Source: Nitrospirales bacterium (GTDB lineage: Bacteria; Nitrospirota; Nitrospiria; Nitrospirales; UBA8639). From it: DNA of 64,000 nucleotides. Made by a program: the position numbers and the translations under genes. Where the stretch lies: NCBI GenBank assembly GCA_965223295.1, contig CBDCWC010000003.1, positions 896,001-960,000 on the forward strand, in the 5' to 3' direction. Position 1 is the stretch's first letter. Each line of letters begins with the position of its first letter. This document shows positions 38,460 to 49,785 of this stretch, piece after piece. The notes under the pieces were generated by a model. That model saw only the letters and a program-made list of their open reading frames with translations, was not told the origin of the DNA and did not search any database.

Positions 38460-40664
38460 ATGCCTTCAACATCTGCCACCAACGCAGAACAGCCCACGTT
38501 ACTTTCGCTACTTAAAGAACACTTTGGCTTTACCTCCTTTCGGCCACTGCAAGAAGAAATCATGCGCGATGTCTTAGCGGGCAAGGATGTCGTCGCCTTG
38601 TTACCGACTGGCGGGGGCAAGTCTCTCTGCTATCAATTGCCAGCGCTTGCCAGATCTGGCCTCACCCTCGTCGTCTCACCCCTCATTGCGCTCATGAAGG
38701 ATCAAGTCGATGCTCTTCACTCCAATGGTATTGCCGCAACCTTTCTCAACTCTTCGCTCAACGTCCAAGAAATCCAGGCCCGATTACGAGCTGTGCACCG
38801 CGGGCATTACCAACTACTCTACATGGCACCAGAGAGGCTCATGCTACCCGAAAGTCTGAACGACATGCAGAGATGGCAGGTCAATCTTCTAGCTATTGAT
38901 GAAGCTCACTGCATCAGTGAATGGGGCCATGATTTCCGGCCGGAATATCGCAGGCTGGTAGAATTACGAGAGCGATTTCCTCAGCTACCAATCATGGCGT
39001 TAACCGCTACGGCCACAGCTCGAGTACGGGACGACATCAATACACTCCTGAAGCTGAACAACCCTGCCTCTTACGTCGCCAGCTTTAACCGTCCGAACCT
39101 CACCTATCGGGTATTAGCCAAAGCCAGTCCCGTTAACCAAATCTTAGCATTGCTGCGAGCCCACCCCCATGATAGCGGCATTGTGTATTGCCAAAGCCGT
39201 AAAACCACTGAACTCCTTGCAGAACGATTGCAGGCACATCGCATCAACGCCCTCCCCTATCATGCCGGCTTGTCGCAAGACGAACGATCACGCCATCAAG
39301 AGTTATTTTTACGGGATGAGGTTCAGATTATCTGCGCAACGATCGCATTCGGCATGGGCATCAACAAATCCAATGTTCGATTTGTCATTCACCATGATCT
39401 TCCCAAAAATTTGGAAAGTTATTATCAGGAAACTGGCCGTGCCGGTCGTGACGGCTTATCTAGTGAATGCGTCTTGCTCTTCAGCGCTGGAGACACGATC
39501 AAACAGCAGCGTTTCATCAATGATAAGCCGAGCCAGCAGGAACAAGAGATTGCACGAGCACAACTCCAGCAAATGGTCCAATATGCGGAATGCTCAACCT
39601 GTCGGCGAGTCGAGTTACTCCAATATTTTGGAGAGGAATTTACGTCAGAAAACTGTGAGGCATGCGACAACTGTTTGTCACCCAATGATACTTTCGATGG
39701 CACAGAAATCGCCGAGACCTTGCTCTCATGCATCGAAACCATCTACGACCACAGCGGGTTTGGCGTAGGTCTGAATCATGTTATTGCCGTATTAACCGGC
39801 GCCAATACCGAGAAAATTCGCCGATGGCACCACAACCAACTACCCATGTACGGCCAAGGAAAAGCCTACAGCCGACCTGCATGGGCATCCATGGCCCGTG
39901 AACTCATTCGTCTCGGCTATCTTCGACAGAACACCGAAAATTTTTCGGTGTTGGAAATTACCGAACAGGGCTGGGATTTTATCAAAGAGCGCTACACCAT
40001 TATGCTCACCAAACCCATGCCCACACCAGAACGACAAATGGCTCAGGTTGTTGATGTAGCCTATGATGAACAACTTTTCAACAAATTACGGCTACTGCGG
40101 AAAACCTTGGCGGATGAACGAGATGTCCCGGCCTATGTCATTTTCTCAGATGTGGCACTGCGGCAAATGGCACGGGACTACCCTAGGAACAAGCAAGAAT
40201 TCTTGCGAATCAGCGGCGTGGGAAATCGAAAATTAGAAAAATTTGGAGCAGCCTTTATTGCAGCCATTACTGAATATCTTGAGAGCAACCCCCAACAAAA
40301 CTTCTCAAACGCAGATATGTCTCCTCGATCACAGCTACTCACTTCAAAAAAGGCAAAACCGCTCAGCGACACCGTCAAAAAAACACTGCGCTTATTTCAA
40401 CGCGGGTTTTCTGTCGAACATATCGCCACTCAACGTGGCTTAGTCAGCAGCACGATTTATGGGCACCTCGAACAAGCCATCCAAGCTGATGAACCCGTAG
40501 AGATCAATCAGCTTCTCACGCCTGAACAACACACACAGATTGCCGCAGCCTTTGCCAAAATCGGATTCGGAAATCTCACCGGCGCCAAAGAACTCCTTGG
40601 CGACGTCTATGATTACGGTCAACTCCGCCTTCTCCGCGCCCTTCATAAAAAAACAAAGCAATGA
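38460..40664 (+). CDS. recQ: ATP-dependent DNA helicase RecQ (RQC, HRDC and C-terminal HTH domains)
   Basis: PTGGGKS, DEAHC, 'SEWGHDFRP' and QETGRAGRDG motifs. Confidence 0.96.
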   Translation: MPSTSATNAEQPTLLSLLKEHFGFTSFRPLQEEIMRDVLAGKDVVALLPTGGGKSLCYQLPALARSGLTLVVSPLIALMKDQVDALHSNGIAATFLNSSLNVQEIQARLRAVHRGHYQLLYMAPERLMLPESLNDMQRWQVNLLAIDEAHCISEWGHDFRPEYRRLVELRERFPQLPIMALTATATARVRDDINTLLKLNNPASYVASFNRPNLTYRVLAKASPVNQILALLRAHPHDSGIVYCQSRKTTELLAERLQAHRINALPYHAGLSQDERSRHQELFLRDEVQIICATIAFGMGINKSNVRFVIHHDLPKNLESYYQETGRAGRDGLSSECVLLFSAGDTIKQQRFINDKPSQQEQEIARAQLQQMVQYAECSTCRRVELLQYFGEEFTSENCEACDNCLSPNDTFDGTEIAETLLSCIETIYDHSGFGVGLNHVIAVLTGANTEKIRRWHHNQLPMYGQGKAYSRPAWASMARELIRLGYLRQNTENFSVLEITEQGWDFIKERYTIMLTKPMPTPERQMAQVVDVAYDEQLFNKLRLLRKTLADERDVPAYVIFSDVALRQMARDYPRNKQEFLRISGVGNRKLEKFGAAFIAAITEYLESNPQQNFSNADMSPRSQLLTSKKAKPLSDTVKKTLRLFQRGFSVEHIATQRGLVSSTIYGHLEQAIQADEPVEINQLLTPEQHTQIAAAFAKIGFGNLTGAKELLGDVYDYGQLRLLRALHKKTKQ

Positions 40665-40775
40665 ATGCTTTCGATATATTTTCAGATATCCATCACTTCA
40701 AGGTTGACCAGCATTCTTCAGATTTTCAACCTTTCTTAAAATGGGTCTGAAATTACTGATATTTGATTTAAGTGC

Positions 40776-41147
40776 CTACATAGCACAAAAAACGCCGATG
40801 AGGTCCCCACGAACACCTGAAGTGCGCGAGATGCGATCAGAAACAGGTGGCTCAGCTAGTCCGAAATCATTGGCACTTGGATCATAGAATTCGCAATACA
40901 ATTCGGCCTCTGCCACAACCCAGTACTCCACTACTTGCTTTTCAACTGCAGTCATTTGCTCATATGTATCATCTAATACAAACTTATGAAGGTACGGCTT
41001 AACTAAAGCCTTACGGAGTTTTTCCACGTACGCGGTGACTTTGTCTAAAGACCAAGGTTTACCCAAAGTCGAGCCAGAGGGAGGAGCCTTGTAATGGTAC
41101 TCCTCGAGTTCAACAGCAATGAGACTAGCTATATCGTCAGAAGTCAT
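40776..41147 (-). CDS. Hypothetical protein
   Basis: 123-aa ORF. Confidence 0.6.
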   Translation of the reverse strand: MTSDDIASLIAVELEEYHYKAPPSGSTLGKPWSLDKVTAYVEKLRKALVKPYLHKFVLDDTYEQMTAVEKQVVEYWVVAEAELYCEFYDPSANDFGLAEPPVSDRISRTSGVRGDLIGVFCAM

Positions 41148-41334
41148 ATTCTTTAACTCAAAAGTTATTTGATCTATTCATATCTTGGATTCAATTCGCT
41201 AGCACAACAGGAGTGCAACCAATTCACCCTTGATTGTCCCAAGCCCTGCTAGGCTTCATATTTGCCAAGCGGTACATGGCGCCTTTCCCCAAAACATGAT
41301 CCCGACTTCTGAAATGTTGAGTGACCGTTTGATC

Positions 41335-41421
41335 AGCGTTTTTTAGAGGGCATGTACCCACATAGCACTGATCCTCTTCTGACCATTCCACAATCTTGAG
41401 GTATTGATCGCTTACCTTCAT
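41335..41421 (-). pseudogene. Truncated HicB-like antitoxin fragment
   Basis: 'YLKIVEWSEEDQCYVGTCP' HicB-type N-terminus, then similarity is lost. Confidence 0.6.
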
Positions 41422-41496
41422 GACGTCATCTCTAACTCAATTCCCGAGAGTTCGACGCCTGCCGTTTGGCCCAAAGGAGTAAACCTCCTAGCACTT

Positions 41497-41641
41497 GGCG
41501 GACCTTGTTTGAGCGCAGCGAGTTGGTCCGCTCTCCTCAAGTCCACACTCTCTCCCTCCGATCTTGCCAAACGGGGCGTCAATGGTTTTGGGTCCTTTTG
41601 CCAAAACAAAAGGAGCTCGGCTGCCGGGCCGAAACCCGGCA
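41497..41641 (-). repeat. Structured repeat, family A, copy 2
   Basis: Reverse complement begins tgccgggtttcggcccggcagccgag..ggcaaaaggacccaaaaccat, as at 1-60. Confidence 0.75.
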
Positions 41642-41723
41642 TCTATCAAATAATTAAAAATTTCTGGAAGAAGCTTGAGACAGATCTTTGATTACCTAAC
41701 CACCATTCTACGGCTACAACGAC

Positions 41724-42215
41724 TTAATGACTATGCCCATCACCTTCATGCGTATGCCCATGCTCCAGTTCTTCTTTGGTCGCTTCCCGTACATTCACAA
41801 TTTTGACATCAAAATTCAGCGCGACACCGGCGAGAGGATGATTGATGTCAATGGTGACGTTATCGCCTTCCACTTTCGTTACCACTATGTGCTGAGTAGA
41901 GCCGTCCGGCGCCTGCGCTTGGAAGGCCATTCCTACTTCCACAACATCGACCCCCTCAAATGCCGCGCGTTCGATCGTCTTCACACCGTTCGGGATAACC
42001 TCTCCATAGGCCTCTGCTGGCTCAACTCTGACTTTCAGAGAGTCCCCTTCTGCTTTCCCAACTAGGGCCTTTTCCAATCCAGGAACAATATTTCCTGCAC
42101 CATGTAGATACTTTAAAGGCTTAGATGCTTCAGAACGATCCAACACCTTTCCAGCATCGTCGGTGAGCGTATAGTTCATACTGACAACTGAATTCTTACC
42201 AATCAATAACGGCAT
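41724..42215 (-). CDS. slyD: FKBP-type peptidyl-prolyl isomerase SlyD
   Basis: 'YLHG..NIVPGLE.AL', 'NHPLAG' and a His-rich tail. Confidence 0.93.
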   Translation of the reverse strand: MPLLIGKNSVVSMNYTLTDDAGKVLDRSEASKPLKYLHGAGNIVPGLEKALVGKAEGDSLKVRVEPAEAYGEVIPNGVKTIERAAFEGVDVVEVGMAFQAQAPDGSTQHIVVTKVEGDNVTIDINHPLAGVALNFDVKIVNVREATKEELEHGHTHEGDGHSH

Positions 42216-42312
42216 GATTTCTGTTTCCTTTCAAGAAAAGTATGAAATTAGTCGTTCAAAAATTTTTTCGTATTAGTCATAACCGCTTTAGTTGTTGAAA
42301 AGTCTAAAGACG

Positions 42313-42350
42313 CTACCTCCCCTCTACCCCTCCTTACAAAGGAGGAGAAT
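42313..42350 (-). repeat. REP-like repeat, family B
   Basis: ctacctcccct..cccctccttacaaaggagg. Confidence 0.8.
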
Positions 42351-42387
42351 GAATCATCAGTTATGCCCAAAGATTCCCCTGGCCTAC

Positions 42388-43089
42388 TCACCACCATTCC
42401 GTAAATTTTGATCGCGGCCAAGGCTTGTCCATCCAAGACGTATCAGGTAACGGCAACAGGTAAGCTTGTTCAACCGTCAACCATCCGTTGGGCAGATCAA
42501 AATGAGAAACTGATCCGCGTCCGGTTATCCAACTAATTTTTTTGGCTTGTTCGCTTGCCAGGGCCACATCTAATGTCAATCGGCAATCCTGCGCCACATA
42601 ATCTAGTACAGTTTGATATTTCCCCTCTTTCCATAACTTCGGCGCAACGGATCCATCGACATTTTCGGGCTTACTTATGCCGATGGCTTTCGCGGCAGCA
42701 TTGAGTTTAATGGGGAACCCTTTCCCGCAAAAAAAATGATACATCATATCCACATGAGTCATTGCCAAGTCACGGCACTCATTCCTTCTCCCTGATTCTT
42801 CCGCCACAATCACGAAATCGAATCCGAGGCCATTATGAGTGATGATGGTATAGCCCTCTTGTACTTTGGTATTGAGATGCTCGACGAAAGCCGCAACATC
42901 TGCTTTAGTCATTTGTGGCGCAGGATTCCCATCTTGGTCTTTAGAGTAAAACGTTCTGGCCGAAGGTTCATCGCTGCACCATGTGGCCATACAGGTAATC
43001 CCCAGCGGGCGATGATCATGCAAGTCACCAAAATTTTCTGGCAAAATTTTGGCCGTTTCGATATCAAACGCCAAATATTTTCGGAACAT
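42388..43089 (-). CDS. RNase H-like / DEDD 3'-5' exonuclease-domain protein
   Basis: ExoI 'AFDIET', ExoII 'HNG..FD', ExoIII 'YVAQD'. Confidence 0.8.
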   Translation of the reverse strand: MFRKYLAFDIETAKILPENFGDLHDHRPLGITCMATWCSDEPSARTFYSKDQDGNPAPQMTKADVAAFVEHLNTKVQEGYTIITHNGLGFDFVIVAEESGRRNECRDLAMTHVDMMYHFFCGKGFPIKLNAAAKAIGISKPENVDGSVAPKLWKEGKYQTVLDYVAQDCRLTLDVALASEQAKKISWITGRGSVSHFDLPNGWLTVEQAYLLPLPDTSWMDKPWPRSKFTEWW

Positions 43090-43295
43090 GCCTTATAAAC
43101 CTTCCTCCCAATTAAATGACCGGGAAGATTTCTTAGGATAATTTAGGAGCAGTGTCTTCCAGACGCAGCCACTATTTAGCTTTATCACAACTATATGCCT
43201 CACATGAGTAGAAATCTTGTCCTGCTACCACTGCGAGAGACAGGTTTTGAGAAATTCTCACCCCTGAAGTGCTCTCCCTCTGTCATTTGTTTTTT

Positions 43296-43919
43296 CTACG
43301 ACAAGACCTTATTCGATCTCTTACACGTTCCTGAAACCTCAATGGAGCTGATAATTTGGTTCATATGCTCCCAGTGTTTTTCATAGTTTTCTTTGTTATT
43401 GCCCGTAAATGAAAAATTCCAGGTGTCCCGACCACAGAGAATCGTAAAATTGCTCCCGTACCCCTGCGCTCCCTTATCAATATCCTTAAACTCAATGGTT
43501 GGGTGTCCGTTTCGTTTCTTCTCTTGTATCTTTCCATAGGATTTAATTACACCCCGCCTTTTTGCGTCGGCAAAAAAGTATTCTTTTTCCTGAACTAAAT
43601 AGTTGGGCGTTGGTTCTGCAACAAAACGTTCTTTCGATATCAGCACTCGAAATGCAGGGAGATCCAACAACACATCAAGAGCGATGACCGATGATTGAGA
43701 ATTCCCCATACCTTTTATTTGGGCATTGAGCATACTTCGAATTTTTTCGGCACTCGAAGGACTCATAATTTTCAATTCTGATGAGTATTGGAAAGACAAC
43801 CCGCTGCTTTCATGTTTCCGAAACCCAGTTTCGCCTAAACCGGTCTTTACGGTCGGAAATGCAAAATCCATACAGACAGCAACAAACCACACCATCACAA
43901 TCAACCGACTCATTTTCAT
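43296..43919 (-). CDS. Hypothetical exported protein
   Basis: Hydrophobic N-terminus, 207 aa. Confidence 0.6.
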   Translation of the reverse strand: MKMSRLIVMVWFVAVCMDFAFPTVKTGLGETGFRKHESSGLSFQYSSELKIMSPSSAEKIRSMLNAQIKGMGNSQSSVIALDVLLDLPAFRVLISKERFVAEPTPNYLVQEKEYFFADAKRRGVIKSYGKIQEKKRNGHPTIEFKDIDKGAQGYGSNFTILCGRDTWNFSFTGNNKENYEKHWEHMNQIISSIEVSGTCKRSNKVLS

Positions 43920-44063
43920 CTTTCCTTATCTCCTAAAATTACACCATGCATATACTACTCAAAACAGCTTGAAAGGAACGAGGCAATCTACAAGAAAAAA
44001 ATCTCTCGATTCTTAGGCACACGTGAACGACTCTTCTTTCTTTGCATGCAAAAAACTACATAT

Positions 44064-44633
44064 TTACTTTTGGCCATATTTTTCGAAATAAGTACATCCC
44101 GGATCAAATCCCTTTTCGCATGCTTGCTGAAAATACGATTGCGCACGCCCTTCATCTTTAGGCACCCCATAACCATTGCCATACATGGCCCCCAGATTCA
44201 CACACGCGCCACCATACCCTCCATCACATCCCTTTTGAAAGAACTTTATCGAAGTTAAAGAATCTTGTTTCACACCATCGCCAATCGCATACATAGTGCC
44301 CAGATTACTACATCCAACATTACTCTCTAACGCACAGGCTTTCTCGTAAAACCGTACAGCTTTCACTAGATTTTTGGACACTTCTTTACCCTCATGGTAC
44401 ATAATACCCATCTCGTTGCACTTGGCAGCCTCTCCCTTTTCACATTTTTTCTGTACATGCTGCACTTTTGGTGGAAGATTTAAGCCATGAGTATTTTCCT
44501 CATGTTCTGGGCTTTTCGCTATGGATACCTCAAGGAAAATGGCCAATGAAATATGAGATGTAAAAATGATGCTAAGAAGAGCCCTCCATAATTCTCGTTT
44601 CATCAATTTTGTCCTCCACATGACATGAATCAT
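44064..44633 (-). CDS. Sel1-like (Hcp-type) repeat protein
   Basis: Repeated 'C.NLG.MY..G.GV' units; start may be downstream of 44633. Confidence 0.88.
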   Translation of the reverse strand: MIHVMWRTKLMKRELWRALLSIIFTSHISLAIFLEVSIAKSPEHEENTHGLNLPPKVQHVQKKCEKGEAAKCNEMGIMYHEGKEVSKNLVKAVRFYEKACALESNVGCSNLGTMYAIGDGVKQDSLTSIKFFQKGCDGGYGGACVNLGAMYGNGYGVPKDEGRAQSYFQQACEKGFDPGCTYFEKYGQK

Positions 44634-44963
44634 TCCTTTGCGCGTCCCAACCGTATAGACACGGGCATGGTTTCAATTGTGCTGAATTGAACAACTTCGG
44701 AAATCAGAAAAATGTTACCCCATTATCAATATAAACAGTCAATGAGCTTCAAATCACAGGTGAAATGGAGGGCTACCAACCCAACATCATGACAAAACCG
44801 GACTCCTGACGATTTTCACACAACCAAAATTGTTTTAGTTTTTCTGGAAAAGATAGCTGAAGGAAATCTTGCTGTTCTTTGAGCCAGGTATCGGAAAAAA
44901 TTTCCGCTCAAAGGACAAGGAAACGGGCACACATAAGAGAGTGCCCAGGAAAGACGGAATTAA

Positions 44964-45833
44964 TCAACTCAAGACTGTCTGTACCGCCACGCCGATTTCG
45001 GCAGGGTTTTTTACGACAGTGACGCCTGCATCTTCCAGCGCGGCCATCTTATCGGCAGCCGTTCCTTTGCCACCGGTGATAATAGCTCCGGCGTGGCCCA
45101 TGCGACGGCCGGGAGGTGCGGTGATTCCTGCAATAAAGCTCACAACAGGCTTCGACATTTCTTGTTGGATGAATGCTGCCGCTTTTTCCTCAGCATCTCC
45201 ACCAATTTCTCCGATCATCACTACAGCTTCGGTTTCGTCATCTTCCTCAAACATGTGTAATAGATCAATATAGCCAGTGCCAATGATAGGATCGCCACCT
45301 ATTCCCACACAAGTGGTTTCACCAAGTCCTAAGTTCGTGAGCTGATTGACCGCTTCATAGGTCAACGTTCCGCTGCGTGAGATAACGCCCACGCGACCCT
45401 TTTTATGAATAAAGCCTGGCATGATGCCAATCTTGCATTCGTCTGCTGTGATAATCCCAGGGCAATTGGGACCAATAAGACGAGTGGCTCGCCCATGGAG
45501 AGCACGTTTCACCTTTACCATATCATTGACCGGAATACCTTCCGAGATACAGATGATGAGCCACACTCCAGCTTCAGCCGCTTCCAAAATCGCGTCGGCT
45601 GCAAATGGGGGAGGGACAAAGATCAACGACGTAGTCGCCTCCGTTTGCTTGACCGCATCACGCACTGAGTTAAAAACAGGGATCCCTTCGACTTCCTGCC
45701 CAGCCTTTCCGGGTGTCACTCCCGCGACAACCTGAGTACCATAGGCTTTACACTGCGTCGCATGAAACGATCCTTCTTTGCCCGTAATCCCCTGCACAAC
45801 CACTCGTGTATTTTTATTGACCAGAATACTCAT
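44964..45833 (-). CDS. sucD: Succinyl-CoA synthetase alpha subunit
   Basis: QGITG, GPNCPG and MGHAGA motifs. Confidence 0.97.
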   Translation of the reverse strand: MSILVNKNTRVVVQGITGKEGSFHATQCKAYGTQVVAGVTPGKAGQEVEGIPVFNSVRDAVKQTEATTSLIFVPPPFAADAILEAAEAGVWLIICISEGIPVNDMVKVKRALHGRATRLIGPNCPGIITADECKIGIMPGFIHKKGRVGVISRSGTLTYEAVNQLTNLGLGETTCVGIGGDPIIGTGYIDLLHMFEEDDETEAVVMIGEIGGDAEEKAAAFIQQEMSKPVVSFIAGITAPPGRRMGHAGAIITGGKGTAADKMAALEDAGVTVVKNPAEIGVAVQTVLS

Positions 45834-45885
45834 ACGACGTCACCTTTCACCGATCAGAGATATAATTCCAATAAGAATAGAGATG

Positions 45886-47064
45886 TTATTTTTTCTTTTT
45901 TCGCAGCGCCACAATGCGTTGGGCGGCTTCCCACAGGTCAGCCACACCTTCAACTTTTAAGCCTGACTCAGCCAGCAGTTTTCGCCCCTCTTCGGCATTG
46001 GTCCCTTGAAGCCGAACCACCACGGGCAACTTGATGCCCACTTCCTTAGCCGCTTCGATCACACCATGAGCAATACGCTCACAACGCACGATCCCACCAA
46101 AAATATTAATGAAAATGCCTTTGACTTTTTTATCTTTCAGGAGGATACGAAATCCAGCCGCGACCGTTTCTTTAGTGGCGCCTCCACCAACATCCAGAAA
46201 GTTGGCTGGCTCTGAGCCAGCAAGCTTAATGACATCCATCGTCGCCATGGCTAACCCCGCACCATTGACCATACAACCAATGTCGCCATCCAATTTGACG
46301 TAATTCAGATTATGTTTGCCAGCCTCGATTTCCATGGGCTCTTCTTCATGGAGATCTCTGAATTTTTGCACATCTGGATGTTTATAGAGCGCATTATCAT
46401 CAAACGAAACTTTTCCATCCAACGCAATCAAACGCTTGTCGGTGGTAATCACCAAGGGGTTAATTTCGACCAACGCCGCATTTTTCTCCATGAACAAACG
46501 ATACAAATTATCCAACATTTGAAAGAAGGGCTTGACGACGGATGGCTCTAAATCGGGCAGACCCAACCCAAAGGCAAGGTTGCGCCCATTATAACTCTGA
46601 AACCCAATGGCTGGATCGATGGATTCTTTGAGAACTTTTTCTGGGGTCTGTTCGGCAACTTCTTCAATATCCATGCCGCCTTCTGTACTAGCAATAAACG
46701 TCGGGAATCCAGAATCCCGGTCAACCAACAAGCTAAGATATAGTTCTTTATCAATGCCGGCACCCTCTTCTATCAACAATCGTCTAACTTTTCGCCCTTT
46801 CGGACCAGTCTGATGGGTGACCAACGTCTTTCCAATAAGCTCGGTCACCAGCCCTGGAACCTCATCCCGATTTTTCGTGATCTTGACTCCACCGGCCTTT
46901 CCTCGTCCTCCAGCATGAATTTGTGCCTTCACAACATAGACAGGTGTCTCAAGTGCTGCCGCCCATTTTTCAGCAGCACGGACATTTTTTATCTCTTTAC
47001 CTTTGGGTACCGGAATGCCAAACTGCGCAAATACTTGCTTTGCCTGAAACTCATGAATATTCAT
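45886..47064 (-). CDS. sucC: Succinyl-CoA synthetase beta subunit
   Basis: 'MNIHEFQAK', '[14 protein letters not shown]' and 'NGAGLAM' motifs. Confidence 0.97.
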   Translation of the reverse strand: MNIHEFQAKQVFAQFGIPVPKGKEIKNVRAAEKWAAALETPVYVVKAQIHAGGRGKAGGVKITKNRDEVPGLVTELIGKTLVTHQTGPKGRKVRRLLIEEGAGIDKELYLSLLVDRDSGFPTFIASTEGGMDIEEVAEQTPEKVLKESIDPAIGFQSYNGRNLAFGLGLPDLEPSVVKPFFQMLDNLYRLFMEKNAALVEINPLVITTDKRLIALDGKVSFDDNALYKHPDVQKFRDLHEEEPMEIEAGKHNLNYVKLDGDIGCMVNGAGLAMATMDVIKLAGSEPANFLDVGGGATKETVAAGFRILLKDKKVKGIFINIFGGIVRCERIAHGVIEAAKEVGIKLPVVVRLQGTNAEEGRKLLAESGLKVEGVADLWEAAQRIVALRKKKK

Positions 47065-47108
47065 AATCGTCCTTTGTGTTTTTGGGAGTGTTGCAAGGCT
47101 TCGAGTTT

Positions 47109-47143
47109 CTACCTCCCTTTGTCCCTCCTTACAAAGGAGGGAA
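47109..47143 (-). repeat. REP-like repeat, family B
   Basis: ctacctccc..ccctccttacaaaggaggg. Confidence 0.8.
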
Positions 47144-47152
47144 ATATTATCT

Positions 47153-48733
47153 CTAAACTTGCCGCGTGTAGGCAGGCAACACCATCGGCGAGGTCAATCC
47201 ATTAGACGCATGATGACGTTTGGCTTCTGCCCGAAATTCCTTCACATGATCAAGAGTCAACGTACCTTGCGAAATTGACTTCGCTCGCTCAGCAGCCGTC
47301 TGACCAGCACGCTTACCATACACCATCAAATCCAAGAGGGAATTCCCCATCAGACGATTACGTCCATGCAGCCCACCGGATGCCTCACCAGCAACAAACA
47401 AATTGGGGGCTGGTGTTTCGCCTTTCACATCTATTTTGACCCCACCATTTTGATAGTGCAGTGTGGGATAAATTAAGACTGGATCTTTACGAATATCCAC
47501 CTGATACCGCTCATACTGCCGAACCATGGCAGGAAAATGCTTATCCAAGGTGCCGGGGCCATGTGCCACATCAAGCAAGGGCGTATCTAACCACACACCC
47601 ACACGTCCGGCCGCCGTTCGGACACCACGGCCTTCTTCACATTCTTTGATGATAGAGGATGAGACAACATCACGAGTATCCAACTCATTCACGAAACGAT
47701 CGCCTTGAGCATTCACCAAGTGCCCACCTTCGGAACGTATACCTTCCGTCACCAATGCGCCAACTAATTGCTCGGGATACACACCCCCTGATGGATGATA
47801 TTGAAACGTATCAATCTGCATCAGCGGCACTCCCATCCGATAAGCTAAGACCAAGGCATCTCCGGTGGCCCCATAATGGTTGCTCGTTGGAAATCCTTGA
47901 ATATGTAATCGCCCAATTCCACCCGTCGCAAGAATGACGGTTTTGGCCGCAACAACCACATACCGTTTATTATCTAAATCTTGTAAAACAGCTCCCGTAC
48001 AGGTACCCTTGCCATCACTCAACAGTTCTACCACTGCACCAAACTCTAAGAGCGGAATTTTCTGATTGATGACTTCGTCTTTTAGTACCCGCATGATTTC
48101 AAGTCCGGTATAATCCGAACAGGTCAACAAACGAGCCTTTGAACTACCGCCACCTTTTTTCACATGCAAATTGCCATCGGCTTGGCGGTCAAATAACACA
48201 CCTAACTCCAACAACCATTGTCCAATAGAAGGCCCTTCTTCAACCATCACCTTTAACAGGTCATGGTCGTTTTTCATATGACCACCTTTTAAGGTATCCA
48301 GAAAATGCTGAACGGGCGAATCATCTGGCGCAACCGCGATTTGCATGCCACCCTGGGCCATCACGGAATTGGAATCGCCTAACCGCAACTTTGTGGCCAA
48401 CAAGACATTTGAACCTGCAGCATGTGCATGGAGCGCTGCAGCACAACCTGCACCCCCGCCACCTACCACCAGCACATCTACTGAATATTTAGGTGTCAAA
48501 TCAAAATCGCTAGGAATAGGACTATCTCCTTCGAGAAGAGTCGCGACTTCCGTAACGGTTGACTGGCCAGCATTGGGACCAAATTTTATTGGCCGGTAGG
48601 CATGAGCCCGGTGATCAGGATGATATTTCTTGATGAGGGCATCTCGTTCAGATGGAGAGAGCTTCGGAAAGTCTATCGCGCGACGCGCCTCACGTGTCTG
48701 ATGAACGAGATCTTGTTGCGCGGTGATATCCAT
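47153..48733 (-). CDS. frdA: Fumarate reductase flavoprotein subunit
   Basis: GGGGAG, AQGG, QYHP, EGIR, HYQNGG and HGRNRL motifs; lies in the rTCA cluster. Confidence 0.85.
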   Translation of the reverse strand: MDITAQQDLVHQTREARRAIDFPKLSPSERDALIKKYHPDHRAHAYRPIKFGPNAGQSTVTEVATLLEGDSPIPSDFDLTPKYSVDVLVVGGGGAGCAAALHAHAAGSNVLLATKLRLGDSNSVMAQGGMQIAVAPDDSPVQHFLDTLKGGHMKNDHDLLKVMVEEGPSIGQWLLELGVLFDRQADGNLHVKKGGGSSKARLLTCSDYTGLEIMRVLKDEVINQKIPLLEFGAVVELLSDGKGTCTGAVLQDLDNKRYVVVAAKTVILATGGIGRLHIQGFPTSNHYGATGDALVLAYRMGVPLMQIDTFQYHPSGGVYPEQLVGALVTEGIRSEGGHLVNAQGDRFVNELDTRDVVSSSIIKECEEGRGVRTAAGRVGVWLDTPLLDVAHGPGTLDKHFPAMVRQYERYQVDIRKDPVLIYPTLHYQNGGVKIDVKGETPAPNLFVAGEASGGLHGRNRLMGNSLLDLMVYGKRAGQTAAERAKSISQGTLTLDHVKEFRAEAKRHHASNGLTSPMVLPAYTRQV

Positions 48734-48804
48734 TGGGCGAGATGGTAAACTTTTTACAATAACGTCTTGCGATACTCTTGATGACTCTCGTTATCCTGGG
48801 CTTT

Positions 48805-48862
48805 CTATCCCACCAAATTACTTGTCTCCTCTTCGGAGCCAAGCCCCTTACAAAGGGGAGGA
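48805..48862 (-). repeat. Long family-B repeat variant; inverted repeat of 49668-49726
   Basis: ccaccaaattacttgtctcctcttcggagccaagccccttacaaagg has its exact reverse complement on the other side of frdB. Confidence 0.85.
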
Positions 48863-48868
48863 GAGGAA

Positions 48869-49591
48869 TTAGGAATTGGTAGAAGCTGTAGTGTTTTGCA
48901 ATTCTTCATCTGAGAGTTGCAGAATCCGATCCCATTCTTCCTGATACTCCCCATCAGCGATTTTTTTGATCCGAGTCGCCAGGCCTTCGGGTTTCTCTGT
49001 AAAATGCACACCCTGAGCACGGCTAGCATAGACGGCTACAAGATTGGGAGCGATATCGGCAATACAGACCGGTGTGCACATCCCACACATCACACAATCC
49101 ATGAACATTTCTGAGACAGCTTTAAAATCCCCAAACACCGCTTTCCAAACACCTTCCCGCACATCTATTTTCTGAGGGCAGGCCTCTGTGCAGGCGTTAC
49201 AATTTCGACACAATGGAGCCTCAGGATACAGTTCGAACAAATCCTGTTTTGGATCTTTCAGTTCTTGCAAGTCATAGGTTGCCTTTCGTGCGGGAAAAGC
49301 TGGCATGAATGAAAACGACATGCCTTCTTCAACTGCCATTGAACAGGCTAAACAGGTTTTGACTTTAGGGTCATCTTTTGTTCGGTAATAGGTGGCACAA
49401 GCACCACAAAAGCCACCCAAACACCCTGCCCCTCGCAGCACTTCTTTTCCGGCATACCACATGGCTTTCATCAATGTGATGCCAGCCGGAACTTGAAAAG
49501 GCTTGCCTTCTATTTCAACTTTGACCATTTCCGGTTGAATTTCGCTGGCTTGCTCAGTGAATTGTTGAGGCTTATGAGAGTCATTCGCCAT
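48869..49591 (-). CDS. frdB: Fumarate reductase iron-sulfur subunit
   Basis: 2Fe-2S motif CLGGFCGAC..C and two CxxCxxCxxxC 4Fe-4S motifs. Confidence 0.82.
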   Translation of the reverse strand: MANDSHKPQQFTEQASEIQPEMVKVEIEGKPFQVPAGITLMKAMWYAGKEVLRGAGCLGGFCGACATYYRTKDDPKVKTCLACSMAVEEGMSFSFMPAFPARKATYDLQELKDPKQDLFELYPEAPLCRNCNACTEACPQKIDVREGVWKAVFGDFKAVSEMFMDCVMCGMCTPVCIADIAPNLVAVYASRAQGVHFTEKPEGLATRIKKIADGEYQEEWDRILQLSDEELQNTTASTNS

Positions 49592-49667
49592 AGTATGATT
49601 ACTTTAACAAAGTTTTTTGGATCGTTGCTTAGACAATGGAGCTATTTCCCGACGTTCGTAGTCCTTA

Positions 49668-49726
49668 GTTTCCTCACCTTTGTAAGGGGCTTGGCTCCGA
49701 AGAGGAGACAAGTAATTTGGTGGAGT
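49668..49726 (+). repeat. Long family-B repeat variant
   Basis: cctttgtaaggggcttggctccgaagaggagacaagtaatttggtgg. Confidence 0.85.
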
Positions 49727-49785
49727 AGAGTCATACAAATAAGCACAACGAGGCTAAGGAAGCGCTATGCGCCAAACTTACGCTT

